The notes under the pieces are model-generated. The model was given only the letters and a program-made list of their open reading frames with translations, made no database searches and was not told the DNA's origin. The position numbers and the translations under genes are program-made. From Geosiphon pyriformis uo1 (Eukaryota; Fungi; Glomeromycota), in assembly GCA_016748015.1 (NCBI GenBank), contig JAAOMT010000258.1:126173-190172 (forward strand): a stretch of DNA of 64,000 nucleotides. The letters run 5' to 3'. Of the stretch, positions 13,300-28,832 are shown piece after piece. Numbering within the stretch: the stretch's first letter is position 1; every line of letters begins with the position of its first letter.

Positions 13300-14519
13300 T
13301 TGTATTAAAGTAAATTAATTGGTAATTTGGTAATTAAAATTTGCTTGTTAATTAAATTTTATATAATTAGAATTTTTAAAAACTATTATGTTTTAATTTA
13401 ATATTAGCTAACTTTAAAATTTTAAATACTAATTTGAATTAATAATTACTAATCATTGTTGATATTAATTTAATAGAAATAAATATTAATTTTTAGATAT
13501 TTATAACAGTATATAATAATTATTTGTATTTAATATTGGCTAATTAAATGTTTTATATATTTGTAATAATAACAAATTTGTGTTTTTATTTTATAATTCT
13601 AATATAATAAACAATTTTGTTGGTTACTATTAAATTCTTAATTTTTTTTTAGATCTAAAATAAAATTATTTTTTATTTTTTTTAAGAGTTTTTTTAATTA
13701 AACCACTTTTTTTCAGACTTTTTTTTGTTTTTTTCTAATACTATATTAACTATTTAATTATAATTAACTTTTTTTTAGCTGATTTAAGAGCTTTAACAAC
13801 TATTATAGCTTTTAGTAAGAAATTAGGATCATAACTTAGTGTTTAATTGGTAATTATAATAATAAATTCTATAAAATTTTGTAATCTAAAAGTTTTTGGA
13901 TTAAGTTTTTTGTATAATAAACAAAAATTTAATAGTAAATGGTTGATAACACTTAGTATTTAACTTTTTAATATAGTAATTAGGTTATTTTAATAAATAC
14001 ACTTTTTTAATAAGTAATTTTTATATTTACTTTATATTTTGTTTATATATTTTTTACTAAGTAATATCTAATATAATTAAGTATTGGTTATTATCAACAT
14101 AAGTTGTTAATATAGTAAAAATTAGTAAATAATTCAATTAAGTAATAATAATAACATAAATTAAGTAATAATTAATAATTTTATTGATAAGTAGATAATT
14201 TTATTTTAAGTAATAACAAATTAACTTTTGAAGTAAATAAAAAGAAAAAAAATTAAGGCTTAAATTTTTGTTATTTTTTCTTCTATTTTTTACTATTATA
14301 TATACATAATTTTTATTATATAAAATTTTTTGAAATTTTTAAATTCTTTTTATAAAAATTTTTGGAATCCTAAAATTTTGCAATTTTTATTACAAGTTTT
14401 TTTGAAATTCTAAAATTCTAAAATTCTAGTTAAAAAAATTCTAAATTTTTTTTTATTATGTTTATTTCTAATTGGCTATTTATTTAACTTATTATTTTTC
14501 TATTATTATATAAGTAATA
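13300..14519 (-). mobile_element. Decayed LTR (~14100-14519, related to the 60193-61123 solo LTR) with downstream gag relic
   Basis: Shares the GAAATTC-type repeat block, ATTGGCTA box, TATATATAC and the terminus TATAAGTAA(C/T)A with the solo LTR; gag-like helical relic at 13700-13900. Confidence 0.55.
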
Positions 14520-15231
14520 GTAAATATATTAAAAACAATAAATTATAACTAATTACAACAAAATATTACTATTGTCTATATATATTTAAATAATTTAGAC
14601 ATTTAAAATAACAAAGCAAATAGAATAATATACTATGTTTTATATGTAAAAAAATTTTGCTTAATAAAAAACTATAGAATAACATTTTTGGTAAAAGAGA
14701 AATTTGTAATAAATTATATTAATATACTATTTTAATTAATAATTAAATATACAAAAAAACTTTATTTGTTGTTGCTTATAGTTAAACAATTAATTAACTA
14801 GATTTATATTCTTATAATAAAAATAAAATTTAAAAAATGGCTACAAAAAAATAAAAAGATACAATTGTTAAGAAAATATATATCATTAAAAATACTTTTA
14901 TAATAGTTGAAAAAATAGATGACTTTTTTTATTAATAATTTAAAAGTATTTCAAAAATATTGCCAAAAACTTGTACTTACTCAAAAAAAACAAAAACAAT
15001 AACTAGAATACTTAAATACAAAATTTTATAAATACTGTCTAATTTTATGTTATTTTAAATATTGTAATAATTGTAATATTGTTTACAATTTATTATTTTG
15101 CATAATTTATTTATTTCTCAAAAAAAAAAACAAATCAGCAAATATACATAAAAATTGAAATCAAAAATCAATCCTAATTTTAATTTTGACAATAATAACA
15201 ATAATAATAATAATAACAGTTCCAATATTAC
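14520..15231 (+). pseudogene. Relic of a Cys-rich Gypsy pol insert (a family other than A)
   Basis: Residual Cys clusters (YCLILCYFKYCNNCNIVYN) similar in pattern to LCEEYIMPCDDQWCLECY of family A. Confidence 0.4.
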
Positions 15232-18200
15232 TATTATCAGCCGAAATTTGAAATATTATTTAGCATAAAATTATCTTTATAATTTCTACTATTAATTAGC
15301 ATATATTATTATTTTAATTTATTACTTATTATTTTATTAAATTATTCGAATTATTATTTAATTAATAATTCAATTTATACAGTACACAAATATAACTAAA
15401 TTGTGATAATTAAATTATGTAATATATTAAATTATATAATATTTAAAATTTGCTAAAATATTTAATAATTCGACAAAATATTCAATAATTTACAGAAATA
15501 ATTTGTAGTTTAATAAAATATATTTTTAATTTACCAAAATATTAAGAAAAAAATGCTTAATTATAGTATAGTATTATAACAAATTGTATCAAAAAAAAGC
15601 TTTTCTTTTTGAGAAAATGTATTTTTACTAATATCTTTTACTAAATATCTTAGTTAAAATTAACAATTTTTTTACAAATTAATTTTAATAAAAACTTATT
15701 TTAAAAAACATAAAATTCTTAATTATTCATGTTTAAAATTAACTATTTTATATTAATAGTATAAAATTAATTAGCTATTAATTTTAGTAACTATTGGTAA
15801 CTTTCAATCCTAAATTTAAAATAACTTTTTTAACACATTATCTTATTTTTTTTTAATTTATTTTCTTTTTTTTTTAAGTACAGACATCTAGTTTACTTTA
15901 TAACAGATTTTTTAGACCAAAAAATTTCATTAAAAATTCTATTTAATAGTTAAAACAAATTCATATAAGCATTTATCTTCTTAATTATTTAACTAAAAAC
16001 CAGAATAAATATTTAAAAACATTAGCCAACAAAAAAAACATTTTTGAATTTATTGAAAAAAAATAAAATAAAATAAAATAAAATAAAATAAAATAAAAGC
16101 AAATAAATAAAAAAACAAAAAAAAACACAAATAATAAAAAAGACAAAAAATAGTTATTTTATATATTGCAAAAATTTCTGAATTTTTTGGAAAAAATACT
16201 GAAACTAGTTCTTAAGAATAGCTTGACCAAATTACCAAAACAGAAGATGCAAACAGATAAAATACAGTAAAAATATTAAAAGCAATTTCTTATTTTTTTT
16301 AAAAAATTACAAACAAATAGTTCAAAAACTTGGCCACTTTTTTTGCAAATTGGCAAATCTTTAAAATTTTTTTTCTCAAATAGTTTACAGACAACAATAC
16401 TTCAATTATATTTCAAAACCATTTTAAAAATATTAAACAAGAATTATTTGAATCTGTTTAAATTTTTCCAAAAAACTTGCCAATTAGAAACAAATGTTTA
16501 TTATTTAAATACTTAAATATTGAATTAATTTATTGCTGGTCTAAAAAATAAATTAATTAAAAAAGTTTGTTTATATGTCTTAGCAAATTTAGTTATTGTT
16601 ATTTAACATATTAAAAACTATAAAATAGCTATCAAAGAAACAAATTGCACAAAATTCATTAATCTTGTTATTAAAAAACCAGTTTAATAGCAAAAAAAAA
16701 ATTGATTAGTTTACCAAGAAAATTAAAACATATTTTGCCAATTAATAATATAAGTACTAACTATTTCAACAATAAAACCAAAAAAATTTATTATTATTTA
16801 ACAACAACCAAATTTAACAATTAAACTGTCATTATTGTAAAATTTTCAAACATTGAAAATATAATTGTTGAAAAATACAAAGAGATTAACAAAGACAGAA
16901 TAATTAATATTATTCTCTTTAATATCAACAATTTTATAATCCAATATCACTATCTATTATTTACTAAGATCTTAATTTATTTATTATTAATTTGTTTTAT
17001 AATAACTATAACAATATTATTAATTATTTTTAGTTTAAAATTATCAACAATTAACAAAAAAATTGATTTAATCTAACTAATTTACTTTATAAAATTGTTT
17101 TTGAGCCAATAATAACAGATTTGGTTTTAATAATCAATTAATGTTTCACAATAACAATTAACAATTATTCAGATATTTTTATACTCAATTAAGCTATTTT
17201 ACAATACTTAAAGATTAGAATTTTTATTATATTGTACTTTTAAAAAATAGAGTTATAGCACAACCATAAAACTTTTTTCATAATAATTCTATAATTTTAT
17301 TAGCAAAAATTGCCAAAAATGCTAACATTTTAAACATATTTTTGTTCAATTTAAAGTCAATAAATTATCTTTTTTACTTAGCAATACAATTATTTTAGAA
17401 TAAAAAACATTATAGTAATATATACTAAAGTTAAAATTGAAAAAAAATTAATTCAATTAATTCTAAACAATAAATTTATTAGAAATATTATTACTTACTA
17501 ATTGATACAAAAATTAAAGTAAAGTATAAACAAATTTGTTTAAATAATAATAATTATTATTAATAGTATAAAAAAGACATAAGTTAAAGAAATTAATAAC
17601 TTTTTTTTCATAATTAATGGAATCATTATTTCAATTAAAATTCTTATTATAAATATATTTTAATAGCAAATTTTTGTTAGAAATAATTGGCTTCTCAAGA
17701 CCAATGCCAATTTAAATTAAAAAATACAGAAACTAAAAATTTTTTATTAAAAACAATATATCAAAATACTTATTACTTGTAATATTTTCAACAAATAATT
17801 TAAAAAAGTCTTAGATTTTAAATTCAAAGATAAAAATAAACTAATTATTAAAACTTACATGATATTCAACTTTTAGTCTAATTAAACTAAAGAAACAAAA
17901 CAACTTTTTGAAATTATAAAACTATAATTAATATTATTATAATCTAAAAAATTTAGTTAACAAGTTATATTAACAATAACAAATAAACAAACTAACAGTT
18001 AATATGTTTTTTATTCAAAATTACAATCATAAAAACAGTCAATTTACATTTTACTAAAATGTAAAAATTTTAATAAAAAGTTTTTATTTATAAAAACTTA
18101 TATATTATTAGAGAAAAAATACAAAACTTATATCTGCTATTATTGTAAAGTCTGCTATTAAAAATAATTTGACAGCTTAAAATAAAATAAAAAATAAAAC

Positions 18201-19765
18201 AACATATTTTGTTTTATATATAAAGAATTGCTATTAAAAAAATACAATTAAATTAATATTATAATAAGAAGAAAAGTTTGCAATCAAATTTTTTAATATG
18301 TAATTTTTATTTTTAAGAAAATAAAATAAAAAACACTATTTATAGCAGTCTATAATAGTATTTTTAACAAACTTTATTACTATTTATATAATGTTAAAAT
18401 AATTTATAAACTTGTAATAGTTCTATTAATAAAAAATTTCAAAAAGACATTTGTTAAATAAAAGAGGCAAAATATATTAAATATATTATTGAACTTACTA
18501 AATTTAAATACAACAATGACATAAAACTTTATTATCTGATTTTAAGTTATGTTTACTTTTTTAAAAAATGTAAATTCAATAATTAAAACAAATAAATATT
18601 TAATTATATAAAAAATACATTATGTTCTGTAATAACACATAATATTTTGTATAGTATACTCTTAATATATTATTATCTATTAAAAATAATCAAGATAAAA
18701 TTGAATTCAAAGATATTAAAAAGTTTTAATAATTTTAATTATTTTAATAAAAACCAATCTACTTTACTTTTTAAATACTTTGACAACAATAAACAAGAAA
18801 TTAAACCAGAAAAATTTATAAAATTAATACAAAATATAATTTGTAATATTTAAAAAAAGCTATTTTTATCTTAAAACTAAAATTACTTACAAAAATTAAT
18901 CCAAAAATTGTCTTTAAAATTTTATTAAAAGCAATAATACAAATTGTTTTCTAATTATTATTAAAAAGCAAAAAAATTAATATTAGTAGAGAAATTATTA
19001 ATACAAAATATATTAAAGACATTACAATAATGTTTTAAAATAAAACTAAAAATTTTTCACATATATCAAAAAAACTGTTTAAATTATCTATTTATCTTTA
19101 ATTAATATTTCAGATTTATAATTAATTAAAAAAAAAAGAGCTTAGCAAAGTAAAAAAAAACTGAAAGCTTTAAATTAACTAGATAATTTATAGTTTTAGT
19201 AAATATAACTCTTATTATACAAATTAAATTTTATTAGATTCTTAAATTATTAAGAACAATTATTATCTTATCTTTTAAAAAAATTTATAAAATATCTATT
19301 TGTTTAATATCTATTATTATCCAACAAATCTTTGAATCAAATGTACAAATTAGCAAAAAAAATAGAATCTCAATTTTAAATATTTATTTGTCTAATGAAA
19401 TCAAAGAATATAATATTATATTCTACAATTTTAATAACTATTCTATTATATTAGATAATTATTAAAAAATCGAAATTATCTATAATAATATTTTTTAATA
19501 AGAATTATTACAAAAAGTTTTAATTTTACAAAAATAATTAAATATTTTTTTTCAATATTTAATTTAAACTTTATTACTAAAAACTATCATGTTATAATTG
19601 AAAAAATATTTTAAAACAATATAGAACAGTTAAAATTACAATAATAAAAAGAACTCAAAAAATTAATTATAGAACATACAAATATATTTACTAAAAATAA
19701 CAATAATTTAGAAAAAATTGATTTAATTCAATATCAAATTTACATTAAAGATACAAAACTAATTT
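15232..19765 (+). mobile_element. Ty3/Gypsy family A, decayed 5' portion (partial LTR, gag, protease, Cys-rich domain, dUTPase), truncated before RT
   Basis: LTR start TATTATCAG (from TGTTA...); colinear with 38949-43152 and 59700-64000; the ORF at 18647 contains LLFKYFDNNKQEIKPEK (dUTPase start). Confidence 0.75.
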
Positions 19766-20406
19766 TTTTTTAATATCTTTTTTTTGACATAATAATTTTT
19801 TATTTAGTTTTTTTATATTTTATATTAATAAATAATGTTCTTAGCATAAATGTTTTTAAAATCTTAATAATTTGGACCAATTGTTTTTAATCATAATAAT
19901 TAATAAAATACTAATTTTTTTTTGTTTTTTTTTGTTTTTTTTTCTTCTTTTTTGAAGTAACAACATTGAAAATTAATTGTTTAAAAATAGACTTTATAAT
20001 AATCTGATAAAAAAAAAGTTCTTTTTAGATTTAGATATTAACTTTATTTTATTAACTTGCTAAAAAAATAAAAAAAAATGCCAGACTTTATTAATTGTAT
20101 TTATTAGCTCAAAAAAAATACAATTATAGTAACACAATTAAAAAACAATATTTCTGTATTTTATAACAAAAAACCTCAATAAATATAACTTTAAACCAAA
20201 AAAAAATTAAAAAACTAATAATTGACTTAATTAATAAAACTAATTTATTTATACTTAACTGGTTTTTATTATTAAATCATAAGTATTAAATATTATAATT
20301 ATATTTTATCAAGTTTATTTATAGCATTTAGTGTTTTTTATAAGATTATAAAATTTACAAAGACAAAATACTCAGAAAATATACAAAGTAATAACTATTA
20401 AAACAG

Positions 20407-21375
20407 TATTACTGAAGGTTTTTGGTCTCTTTTTTTGAATGTTGTTAATATCTGTTTGCTGTAAATTTACATTTTCTGGAAGTAGTTGAATTTCTGATAA
20501 CTGAATTTATCTTCAAATTATCTTTTATAATTTGAACTGCTGGATTTATAAGTAGAATAACCAATTCCATACTAGTTACTTTATGTAATTACTTTGTAGT
20601 AATAGTTAACTCTTTCTCAAGAATTGCTTACCTAAAAACTTACTAAAAATTGTGTAATTATTTTGCTGTAAAAGTCAATTCTTCTACAGAAATTTTGTCT
20701 GTAGGCTACCTTAATAATTATAATAAGAAAAAAAATAAAAAATAAAAGCAATATAAAAAAAATGAAATTTTGTCAAGAAAATCGTTTTTTATTCAGGTTT
20801 GAAGTTATTAATGAATTACTGAAATTAGTAGCTAGTTAATTTTAAAATGTTAGTTGAGTTTTGGAGAATGTTAGATGTAATTATTTCACGAATTGGTTTT
20901 TAAAGTATATTTTTATTTTTGAATTGTACTAATAAAAATAAATCTAAAAGTAAGATATCTATGGTAAAATATATTTTCTCAAAAAAAAAGCTCTTCTTTT
21001 ATACAACTTGTTGTAGTACTAGTCTGTAAATTTGAACTTTTTCTTTTTGCTATAATTTTGATGAACTAAAGATATATTTTAATAAACTACAAATTATTTT
21101 ATTGAGCTATTAATTATTTTGGTGAATTATTTATTATTTTAACAAATTTTTACAAATTTTGACAAATTTTTAAATGTTACATAATTCAGTGTATTGTATA
21201 ATTTAATCATCCTAATTTCTATTATACAAATTAAGTTATTAATTAAATAGCAATCTTTGATAATTTTTGATTAAATAATAAGTAATAATTTGAATAATAA
21301 TAATATATACTAATTAATAATAGGAATTATAAGGTAATTTCATACTAATTAATAACTAAAATTCTACTAATAACA
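20407..21375 (-). repeat. Family A LTR (3' LTR)
   Basis: Termini TGTTA...TAATA (from TAACA); homologous to 38949-39887 and 54293-55263. Confidence 0.85.
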
Positions 21376-24300
21376 TAATCTTCTCCTTAAGATTAAGCTC
21401 TGTTAAAGTCCAAGCACTATTTGTAATATTGAAATATTGGTCCAAAATAATCAAAGTAATTTGGTCTGAAAATTGATAAAAGTTTTATTCTGTAAGTTTG
21501 CCAATATATTAAATCTTTATTGGTTAAAGTATTGAATTTTGTAAAATGTTTTCACAAATATTAAATAAATCATAAAGTTTAAAAACTGCTCTAAGTTTGT
21601 AATAAGTGTTTGTTGGTTCAGCTATTGCCTTGAATTTATTGTGAATTTGTTTTTGTATTGTTTTAAAAATAAGATTGATTGTTTCAAGTTCCAGTTTTCG
21701 TTCATAAAGTGTTTTTCTAATATGAAAATATCTAAAAATAAAGATATATTCATGGCTTTGTTTATTAATCTATAGTTGAAGGTTTTATTGAATTGTGGCA
21801 TTTGGTGAAATTTTAATAAGAGTAAATAAAATATTTTTTTTTAAAGCTTGCTTTAAAAGTTCTGGTAATTGAATTTCAAAGTAATTTTTTGTATTCTTTC
21901 GATAAAAATAATAATTCTGAGGCTTTTTTACTACTGGTGTTATAGTTTTTTTTATGTATAATTAACTTGACTTCTATTAATTATTATAGATAAGTCAAAG
22001 AGTGTTTTTAATGCCACCATTAATTTTTAAGACATTTGTTAAGTATTTCAGAGAATAATTATAATAAAAGTAATTAAATTAAAATTATAATATGAAAAAA
22101 ATTTGAAAAATAAAATATTTTAGATATTGAGTTTTATATTTTTTTGTTTTGGGTTTTTTTTGTAATTATTTACTATTTTGTTTTTATATTTGTGTATTAT
22201 TAAAAAAATATTATGATAATAGTAAATTAAATATTTAGATTTGGTTATTGTTTTATTATAACTTTTGGTTTTAAATATTAAAAAATATCTTTGGAATTAA
22301 TTAAAGAAGAATATGTACTAATTTGTAGAATTAATAGTTTAAGATTGTTTCTAAAATAATAGTGCTTCAATTAATTTTTATGTACAACTTTGGCTATAAT
22401 TTTGTTATTAATTCTTAATTTGTATAATTTATTGCTTAAAATTTCGTGAATATAAAATAATTTATCCTATTTATGCTTAAATTTTTTACTTCATTGTTTT
22501 TCAGTCTTAGTTCTATGTAGAAAAACTTTGTATCCAATTTTGAATTCATTAGTAATTAACAACAATTTGTTGTCATGCCATTTTTTTTGTTAAGCTTGGA
22601 AGTATTTAATATAAGTGGCTGCTATTTATTTTTTTTCTTTTAAAATACTAAGAAGAGTATAAGCTTTTTATTAAAGTATCTCTTGAAAAAATTTTTGTTA
22701 ATTGGTTACACTAAGTATGTTTTACAGTAAAATTAATTGGTAATATTACTGTTCTTCTATAAATTAAATTCAATAGTGTGTGTTTTGTGGTATTTTGTTT
22801 TAGTGTTCTATATGCTAATAATACTAATAGAATAAAAATATCTTATTTTTGCTTAAAATCAATTAAAACTTTAACTAAAAATTCACACAATGTTCAGTTA
22901 AAATATTTCACAAATTTATTTGTTTATAAGAAATAAAAAAATAATAATGATCTTTTAACATCAAGTTTTTTACAAATTTCTTATATTAAGTTGTTTATAA
23001 AATGTGTTTTTTGATCAAATAAGAGTTTAATTAAGCATTCATGTTTATAAATAATGTCTTTATAAAAAAAATTTGCTATTAATTTGGTGTTTGCTTTTTA
23101 AATAACTCTGGTTTCAGATTATTTGATGAGATAATCTACTATAGCTATAATATAATAGTTTCCTTAGATTGTACTAAATAGTAATTCGATTAAATTGATT
23201 TTTATTTTGTTAAGAAGTTGTCCAACTTTGATTGGATTTAAAGATTCAATAAAGTGAGTTCTTTTTTTTCTTGACAACTATTACATAATTTTATATATTG
23301 TCAAATGTCTTAGTACATATATGACCAAAAATAATATTTAAGTGTTTTTTAGATTGTATTATCTTTTTTTAAGTATGTTAATAAAAAGTCTGTATATATG
23401 TTGTATAAGATTGTTTTTTTTTTATTTTGTTGAACTAATCTAAATGAATTTGTTGGGTTTTTGCAATTTTAATAATAAATTTTGTTGTAATATAAGAAAT
23501 ATTATTTTAATTAATATTGTAATTATTGTTTTTTGATTAAAAACCAGTTTTTTGACATAATAAGAGTCTCTAAATAATTTTTAATATTGTTGTAATTTTT
23601 GAGATCTATTGTTTGTTAATAATTTATTGTTGTTAAACTGGTAGAATTAGAATTGGTATTAATTTTGTCTTATTTTTAAGATGCTATCTATGTTAATATA
23701 TAGTTTTTTTGATTTAGGATATATAATATATTTGTAGTTAGCAAAAAAATCAGTCTATTGGGATTCTTTTGTACTAAGTTTGAAGTTTTTTTTGTTGAGC
23801 TATTTAAAGCCAATGTTGTCAGTTATAATGTCAAATTTTTTGCCATTTCAGAAATATTGTTAAAAATGTTTGAAAGCTTAAATAATAACTGCTGTTTCTA
23901 ATTTAGTTGAGCCATATTTTGAGTTTTATTGACTTGAGTGTTCTACTGACATATGCGATTACTTACTTATTACTATTATTATCTAATTGTGATAAAATAG
24001 CACCAAAAACTGTGTGTAAAACATTAGTAACTAACTAGAATTTTTATTAAAATCCAGATAAATAAGAATTAAAGCTAGAATGAGTATTTTTTGAAAGTGT
24101 TAAATACTTGTTTTTGAGTTTGTGTTTATTAGTATTTTATATTCTTATTAATTAAATAATTAAATAATTTGGTGATTTTTAAAAATCTTTTAATAAATTT
24201 CTGATAATAAAAAGCTAATCTTATAAATCTTTTTAGTTTTGTAGTATTTTACAGGATTTAGAAGTTTTTAACAACACTAATTATTCTTGGATTGAGTTGA

Positions 24301-25993
24301 ACTTTATCTTTACTAATAATATATCTAAAAAAGATCAAACTTATTTTTCAAAGTGATATTTTTCAATGTTCAATTTTAATTCTGCTTTTTGTAATTATTG
24401 AAAAATTTTTCAAAAGTGGATTAAATAAGCTTTAAAACTTCGTAAGTAGATAACAATATTATTAAAATAAACAATTATTGATTGTTATAAGAGTTTTTTA
24501 TAAACAACATTCATAAGTTTTTAAAATATTACTGGTATATTGCAGAATTTAAAAGACATTATATTGAATTTATAGTTTTTTTTTATGTAATAAATGCTGT
24601 TTTAGAGCAGTTTTTTGAATCTATTTTAACTTGCTAGTATTTTTTTTCAAATCTAATATTAAGAAAAACTTGGCTTTTTCTAAAGCATTTAATATATTAT
24701 TAATTCTTAATAATAAGTAAACATCTTTGATTATAATACTATTTAGTTGATAATAGTTTATACAAAATCTGATTTTTTTATTTTTTTTAATAAAAACTAT
24801 TGGTAAAGTCTATAAACTTCTTAATAGTTGAATTAGTCAATTATTGAACATTTTTTGGATTTTTTTTTTGATAAATTAGTGGCTAGCAGATAAGACTTAA
24901 TAGACTTGTTGGCATTTTGGTGAGGCATTTTTTGTGTGAATTTAATATTAAATAATGTTGGTTTTTTTCAGATTATTATTATTTTTAGTAAATATATCAA
25001 CATATTTAGTACTTAACTGTTTTAATTGTTTTTGGTATTGGAGTTTTAAAGAACTTATATTGATTCAAAAAAGTTTTTTCTCAATAATGTAATAGTTTTT
25101 AATTGTTAAAATGATGTTTAAATTTAGAAATAGGGTATATTTTACAATTTTAATAAAATTAAAGACAATTTAAAGAGTTTTATCTTGGAAAATATTGCTA
25201 TGTATTATTTTAATTTTTAATCTATTTAATAAAATAATAGAGTATTTGTTGAGATTATAGAAAGTAACTCAGAATTTTTTTATGTCTTTTGGAATATAAA
25301 TGTTTAAAATTTAAATTTTATGTTTCAAATAGATTTGTTTATTTAACTTAAAGATTTATTCAGTAGTAGTAAGTTTGAACAAGTGTAAATTTTATGATGT
25401 TCTCTAAAAAATAAGATGGTAATTGGTTTTAAAAGTCAAAGAATCTGGTGAGATTTATTTTCTGTCTTGAGAATTATATTTACTGAAACTATAAATTGTT
25501 CAGTTAAACCAGAATCTTGGATTTTTCTATTACTTTTGCTTAATTATTTTTTTTAATTAACTGGTTGTAAACCTAAAATGTTAATTAAGAATAGATAAAT
25601 TGCTTGAACAATTTTTTCAACATGCTCAATTTTGAATAGTTTTTTGTTTTCATTTTGTAACATAATAGTAATATCTCTAGTGTATCCTACATCTAAAATT
25701 TTTTCTTTAAAATTGATTTTTTTGCTTGCCAAGAGTAATTAAAAAGCAATTTAAATTATTGCTCTTGGTAATATTTTGAAAGCAATTCTGAAATTGATTT
25801 TTATTAAAAACTTTGGTAAAAAAACCAAAGTATTTTTGTCTGAATATTATAAATTATATTTAGCATTAATTTTGTGTGCTTTTTTTGGCTTAATTTCTTG
25901 ACTATTATTGTTGAAATACTTAAATTATATAACAGACTAATTTTTAATAAGATAAATTAAAGTTGTTATAGTTTTTTCTTTTGGTTTTGGTTC
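20407..25993 (-). mobile_element. Ty3/Gypsy family A, 3' half (dUTPase, RT, RNase H, integrase, ORF3, PPT, 3' LTR)
   Basis: Colinear with 54293-61700; PPT AAGGAGAAGA next to the LTR; ORF3 homolog at ~21360-22070. Confidence 0.85.
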
Positions 25994-28832
25994 ATTTATA
26001 AATTTTTAAAATTATTAATATTTATGTTTTTTTTATGCATTAAAACCCATTTTTTTAATAGATATTTATTAAGTAAATTTAAAATATATTTAATACAAAC
26101 TTATTATACTATTTTTATATCTTATTGAAAATTTCAAAAAAATTCGCAGTTTTTTCATTTAATTAAAACTAATTTTTTTTATAATATTAAAAAAAATATT
26201 ATTGTCTATATAATTAAAAAAACAAATTGTTATTGTTAATATAGAAAAACAACACTTTTTTAATATTATTTTTCTAAAAGATTTTTCCAAAATACTTCTA
26301 ATTATTTGATTTTTATTGTTAATAAAAATATTTATATATTTGGTTAATAGTTTTTATATAACAATTTTTAAGAATTTTAAATTCAAATATTTTATAAAAT
26401 CTATAAAATCTATAAAATTAAATCAAAATTTATTTAATTTTAAAATTATTATTAAAAACACATCTAAATTTAATTATTTAATTTAAGTTCAAAAAAATGT
26501 ATTTGTTTAATAAAATTTAAAATCTTTTTAATTTATCTAATTTATATTTTTAATATCTTAAAAACAAGCAATTTTAATTTAAAAAACCTAAAAAATACAG
26601 TATTTTTAATCATTTTATTATTCTAAAACTATATTTTTAAAAGCATAATATCTGTTATTAAGCACAATATTCAATTATGTAATATTTATATCTTATTAAG
26701 ATTATTATTTTTCTTATATTTTTTAAAATTATTCACAATATTTAAAGCAATATTCAAAAATAATTTTATTAAATTTTTTTTAAACGTAATTATTAATACT
26801 ATTAACTTTGTCTTTTATTTGTTTTTATTAATATTCTTATATATAAAATAAATACAATAATAGATCTAGATAACTATTCTGTCTTAATAAAATTTTTAGA
26901 TAAAAGACAATACTTATTAAACTATACTCAACAGCAAAAAAAACATTTGTAAAAACAATTAAATTTTTATTTAATTTATTAAAACTAACTATACAAAAAA
27001 AATAAAAAAGATTTTGATTACTTTTAAAAAATCATTAAGCTTAAAGAAAAAAAAATTGTAATTNNNNNNNNNNNNNNNNNNNNATTTTATGTTTCAAATA
27101 GATTTGTTTATTTAACTTAAAGATTTATTCAGTAGTAGTAAGTTTGAACAAGTGTAAATTTTATGATGTTCTCTAAAAAATAAGATGGTAATTGGTTTTA
27201 AAAGTCAAAGAATCTGGTGAGATTTATTTTCTGTCTTGAGAATTATATTTACTGAAACTATAAATTGTTCAGTTAAACCAGAATCTTGGATTTTTCTATT
27301 ACTTTTGCTTAATTATTTTTTTTAATTAACTGGTTGTAAACCTAAAATGTTAATTAAGAATAGATAAATTGCTTGAACAATTTTTTCAACATGCTCAATT
27401 TTGAATAGTTTTTTGTTTTCATTTTGTAACATAATAGTAATATCTCTAGTGTATCCTACATCTAAAATTTTTTCTTTAAAATTGATTTTTTTGCTTGCCA
27501 AGAGTAATTAAAAAGCAATTTAAATTATTGCTCTTGGTAATATTTTGAAAGCAATTCTGAAATTGATTTTTATTAAAAACTTTGGTAAAAAAACCAAAGT
27601 ATTTTTGTCTGAATATTATAAATTATATTTAGCATTAATTTTGTGTGCTTTTTTTGGCTTAATTTCTTGACTATTATTGTTGAAATACTTAAATTATATA
27701 ACAGACTAATTTTTAATAAGATAAATTAAAGTTGTTATAGTTTTTTCTTTTGGTTTTGGTTCATTTATAAATTTTTAAAATTATTAATATTTATGTTTTT
27801 TTTATGCATTAAAACCCATTTTTTTAATAGATATTTATTAAGTAAATTTAAAATATATTTAATACAAACTTATTATACTATTTTTATATCTTATTGAAAA
27901 TTTCAAAAAAATTCGCAGTTTTTTCATTTAATTAAAACTAATTTTTTTTATAATATTAAAAAAAATATTATTGTCTATATAATTAAAAAAACAAATTGTT
28001 ATTGTTAATATAGAAAAACAACACTTTTTTAATATTATTTTTCTAAAAGATTTTTCCAAAATACTTCTAATTATTTGATTTTTATTGTTAATAAAAATAT
28101 TTATATATTTGGTTAATAGTTTTTATATAACAATTTTTAAGAATTTTAAATTCAAATATTTTATAAAATCTATAAAATCTATAAAATTAAATCAAAATTT
28201 ATTTAATTTTAAAATTATTATTAAAAACACATCTAAATTTAATTATTTAATTTAAGTTCAAAAAAATGTATTTGTTTAATAAAATTTAAAATCTTTTTAA
28301 TTTATCTAATTTATATTTTTAATATCTTAAAAACAAGCAATTTTAATTTAAAAAACCTAAAAAATACAGTATTTTTAATCATTTTATTATTCTAAAACTA
28401 TATTTTTAAAAGCATAATATCTGTTATTAAGCACAATATTCAATTATGTAATATTTATATCTTATTAAGATTATTATTTTTCTTATATTTTTTAAAATTA
28501 TTCACAATATTTAAAGCAATATTCAAAAATAATTTTATTAAATTTTTTTTAAACGTAATTATTAATACTATTAACTTTGTCTTTTATTTGTTTTTATTAA
28601 TATTCTTATATATAAAATAAATACAATAATAGATCTAGATAACTATTCTGTCTTAATAAAATTTTTAGATAAAAGACAATACTTATTAAACTATACTCAA
28701 CAGCAAAAAAAACATTTGTAAAAACAATTAAATTTTTATTTAATTTATTAAAACTAACTATACAAAAAAAATAAAAAAGATTTTGATTACTTTTAAAAAA
28801 TCATTAAGCTTAAAGAAAAAAAAATTGTAATT
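25315..28832. other. 1749-bp direct duplication (25315-27063 = 27084-28832) around a 20-N scaffold gap; probable assembly overlap
   Basis: The copies look identical by eye and abut the N run at 27064-27083 exactly. Confidence 0.85.

Noticed and set aside
16060-16098. (AAAAT)n and nearby (AAT)n microsatellites
   Set aside because: Expected slippage products in decayed low-complexity gag sequence.
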